Below are positions 61,756 to 64,000 of a DNA stretch of 64,000 nt, in pieces. The number at the start of each line of letters is the position of its first letter. Within the stretch, counting starts at the first letter, position 1. Source of the DNA: Hypanus sabinus (taxonomy: Eukaryota); the NCBI RefSeq assembly GCF_030144855.1, contig NC_082717.1:59024001-59088000 (forward strand), in the 5' to 3' direction. The notes beneath the pieces were generated by a model, which was not told the DNA's origin, searched no databases, and saw only the letters and a list, made by a program, of their open reading frames with translations. A program made the translations under genes and the position numbers.

Positions 61756-63727
61756 ATGGTTCTGCCCATCTCAACTGTCTAAGATTTGAATCATATGCAA
61801 ACTTCAGAAAAGGCTGTCCAGTACCCAACTCCAGATCTTTAATATGAAACTAGAAAAACAATGATGACTTTACCAATTTTGGGACACTGTACTTGTTTCC
61901 ATTATGGAAATCAGTGTATGGTCCTGTCTCTTGCCTAACCAATATAGTCAAGTTACTAGTCCCTTTGATACCATGCACTCATATTTTCTCTATAGATCTA
62001 TTATCGGATTACTTATCAAATGCCTTTTGAAACATTTGCTAATAAACATCCACTGATGTGCAGGTTTCTTCCATTTCTTCCAAAGGCCAAAGAGGAATTA
62101 AAATAACTTGCTGAGAGAGTTAATAGAGAGAAAGTTATTCTTTCATTTGGAAATTACAATTACTTTATGAAAGAATGAGGAGATTAGCTGGAAAAGCTGT
62201 GTTAGAAAATGAAATACATGGCATAGGGATGGATGAGGTTTGGGGGAAAGTGGACAGATCTTGAATGTAAGGAAGATGTATGGTCTTAAGAGAATTATAG
62301 TGGGATTAGTTATTGATTTCTTATCAAGAAATCCCATTCTTAAGTTTGTCAGCCAAAACTACTGGCAGTGTCATAATTTGCACCAAGATGTATTCATGCA
62401 ATAACTCCTGGATACTGACCTTGATAGATTCTGGCTTAAAGGATTCCCTTTTAAATTTGCATCTTTGTTTACAGATCCTCTTTTGCCTTCTTTCACTCTA
62501 CCTCTTTAATTACCCATGGCCCTATATTCCTTTGAAATCTGTTTTTTTTTGTTCAAGTACTGCTGCTACAAACATGTAAGAGTGCACTTTGGTTAAAGAG
62601 GTTAGTAATTTCAAGTTTGTTTTATAATTGATTATAAGTATGTATTGGCAGCAAAATTGTTAAATACTGATCTGCTTATTTGCTTGCAATGTCAATATAG
62701 ATATTTTGCTGTATTATAAATCATGAATGAGTGAGCCAATAATACTCAAAGCAGCCAAGGGATTACGCTTGAGAAACAAGAATTATGGATACTGATAAAA
62801 TAAATTAAGGTTATCGTAATTATAGAGGGTAAAAGTGCGTTGAACCATGGCAATTCCACATCTTGGCTGCCGTTTGAAAAGTGTAGCCATCATCAAATTA
62901 GTTACAAAGGAACTTGTTATTTCCTTGTTATACTAGTTTGTGTAAGGAGTTTTACTCTAGGAAGGAATTGTGTTATTTATTAATAGGAATTCTCACCATT
63001 TTACATCTCTTTATTCAATTTTACAATTGGGATAGGATAGGTTACCTGGGACTAGCTTAGGTGGGCATCTTGATCAAGATGAGGCAGCTGGGCCAAAGGG
63101 CCTGGGCCTGTGCTAAATGATAATAAAAATCATTTTACTAGGAATTTAATTTTTTTTAATCTGCCCTCAAAGGCAGATTTGTTATTCATCCCCAAGTGTC
63201 CCGTGAACCAATTGCCATGCTGGACCATTTCAAAGGGTGGTTCACGTAACTCTGGGTCTGGAAAAGCATTATAGATGAATTTGAGTGTGGATATCAGATT
63301 TCACTTCCAGAAAGTTGTCCTGTTATTAATACTAACTTTCTTAATTTAATTAATATTCCCCAGCTTTCTTCAATGATGGAATTTGAATATCTTTCTAGAT
63401 CAATTGCTGTTTTGCTGTCTGGTACGCCAGTGATATGTTTTCAAACAACTGTGGTTTACTTTGTTTCTCTCATGTATGTTTAGAGTATTATTAGCACTAT
63501 AAATTACAAATATACTTGAATCTAGCAACATTAATTTTAATTTTGTGCAGTACCTAATTATTTAGCAACCATCTCTGTGTACATATAACTGGCTTTGCTA
63601 AATTAACTAAAAATGCAAACCCAAAATATCTGAGCTGGGTCTACCTGCAATAACTCGTAATGCTACTTCTAGTACATAATTATTTTTAACTAAGTTGCTA
63701 CTTTTTCTCAGTTTAGTAGAAAACAAG

Positions 63728-63877
63728 ATGAGTCATGCGAGTTCAGTAAATGCCCCATTTCTTTATGAGAAGCAAGGATTGGTGCTGGACATGATTCTCC
63801 GCTCTTTGTTAGGAGTAGCTCAGCCTATCAACTGGGAAAGAGTAGCTAGACTCATACCAGGAGTCACAGCCAAACAG
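63728..63877 (+). CDS. SANBR: SANBR (KIAA1841; SANT and BTB domain regulator of class-switch recombination) first coding exon
   Basis: 150 bp MSHASSVNAPFLYEKQGLVLDMILRSLLGVAQPINWERVARLIPGVTAKQ|GT vs recalled human ..[33 protein letters not shown]; synteny with PEX13. Confidence 0.92.
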
Positions 63878-64000
63878 GTATTGTAAGTTACCGTTTTGCC
63901 TTTTGAAGTTTAAGAACAATTCTCATTTTTACTTCTCCAGTCAAGAGTAATGATACATTAATCTGCCGGCCATTGTATCGTTAGGAGCATTGACTGTTGA

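Overview
This is repeat-rich vertebrate genomic DNA. The CR1, Penelope, Rex1 and V-SINE repertoire suggests a cartilaginous fish, probably a batoid (inference). It covers the conserved PUS10-PEX13-SANBR(KIAA1841) block. PUS10 (- strand) has three coding exons here and continues off the left edge. It sits head-to-head with PEX13 (+ strand, complete 4-exon CDS, 394 aa). The first coding exon of SANBR (+) is at the right edge. Between PEX13 and SANBR, on the - strand, I reconstruct a multi-exon coiled-coil gene (about 251 aa, phase-consistent GT-AG exons) that I cannot assign to a family and do not recall from the human locus. It shares a CpG-rich promoter with SANBR that carries an RFX X-box-like motif. 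Introns contain CR1 LINEs (two near full length, one with an intact 483-aa RT ORF), Rex1 and L2 relics, Penelope-like elements with degenerate hammerhead ribozyme motifs, hAT and Tc1/mariner MITEs, tRNA-derived SINEs and two solo LTRs with 4-bp TSDs. Other oddities are a circularly permuted ~135-bp local duplication and a ~74-nt near-perfect hairpin. Exon boundaries were counted by hand; repeat boundaries are approximate unless a TSD is given.
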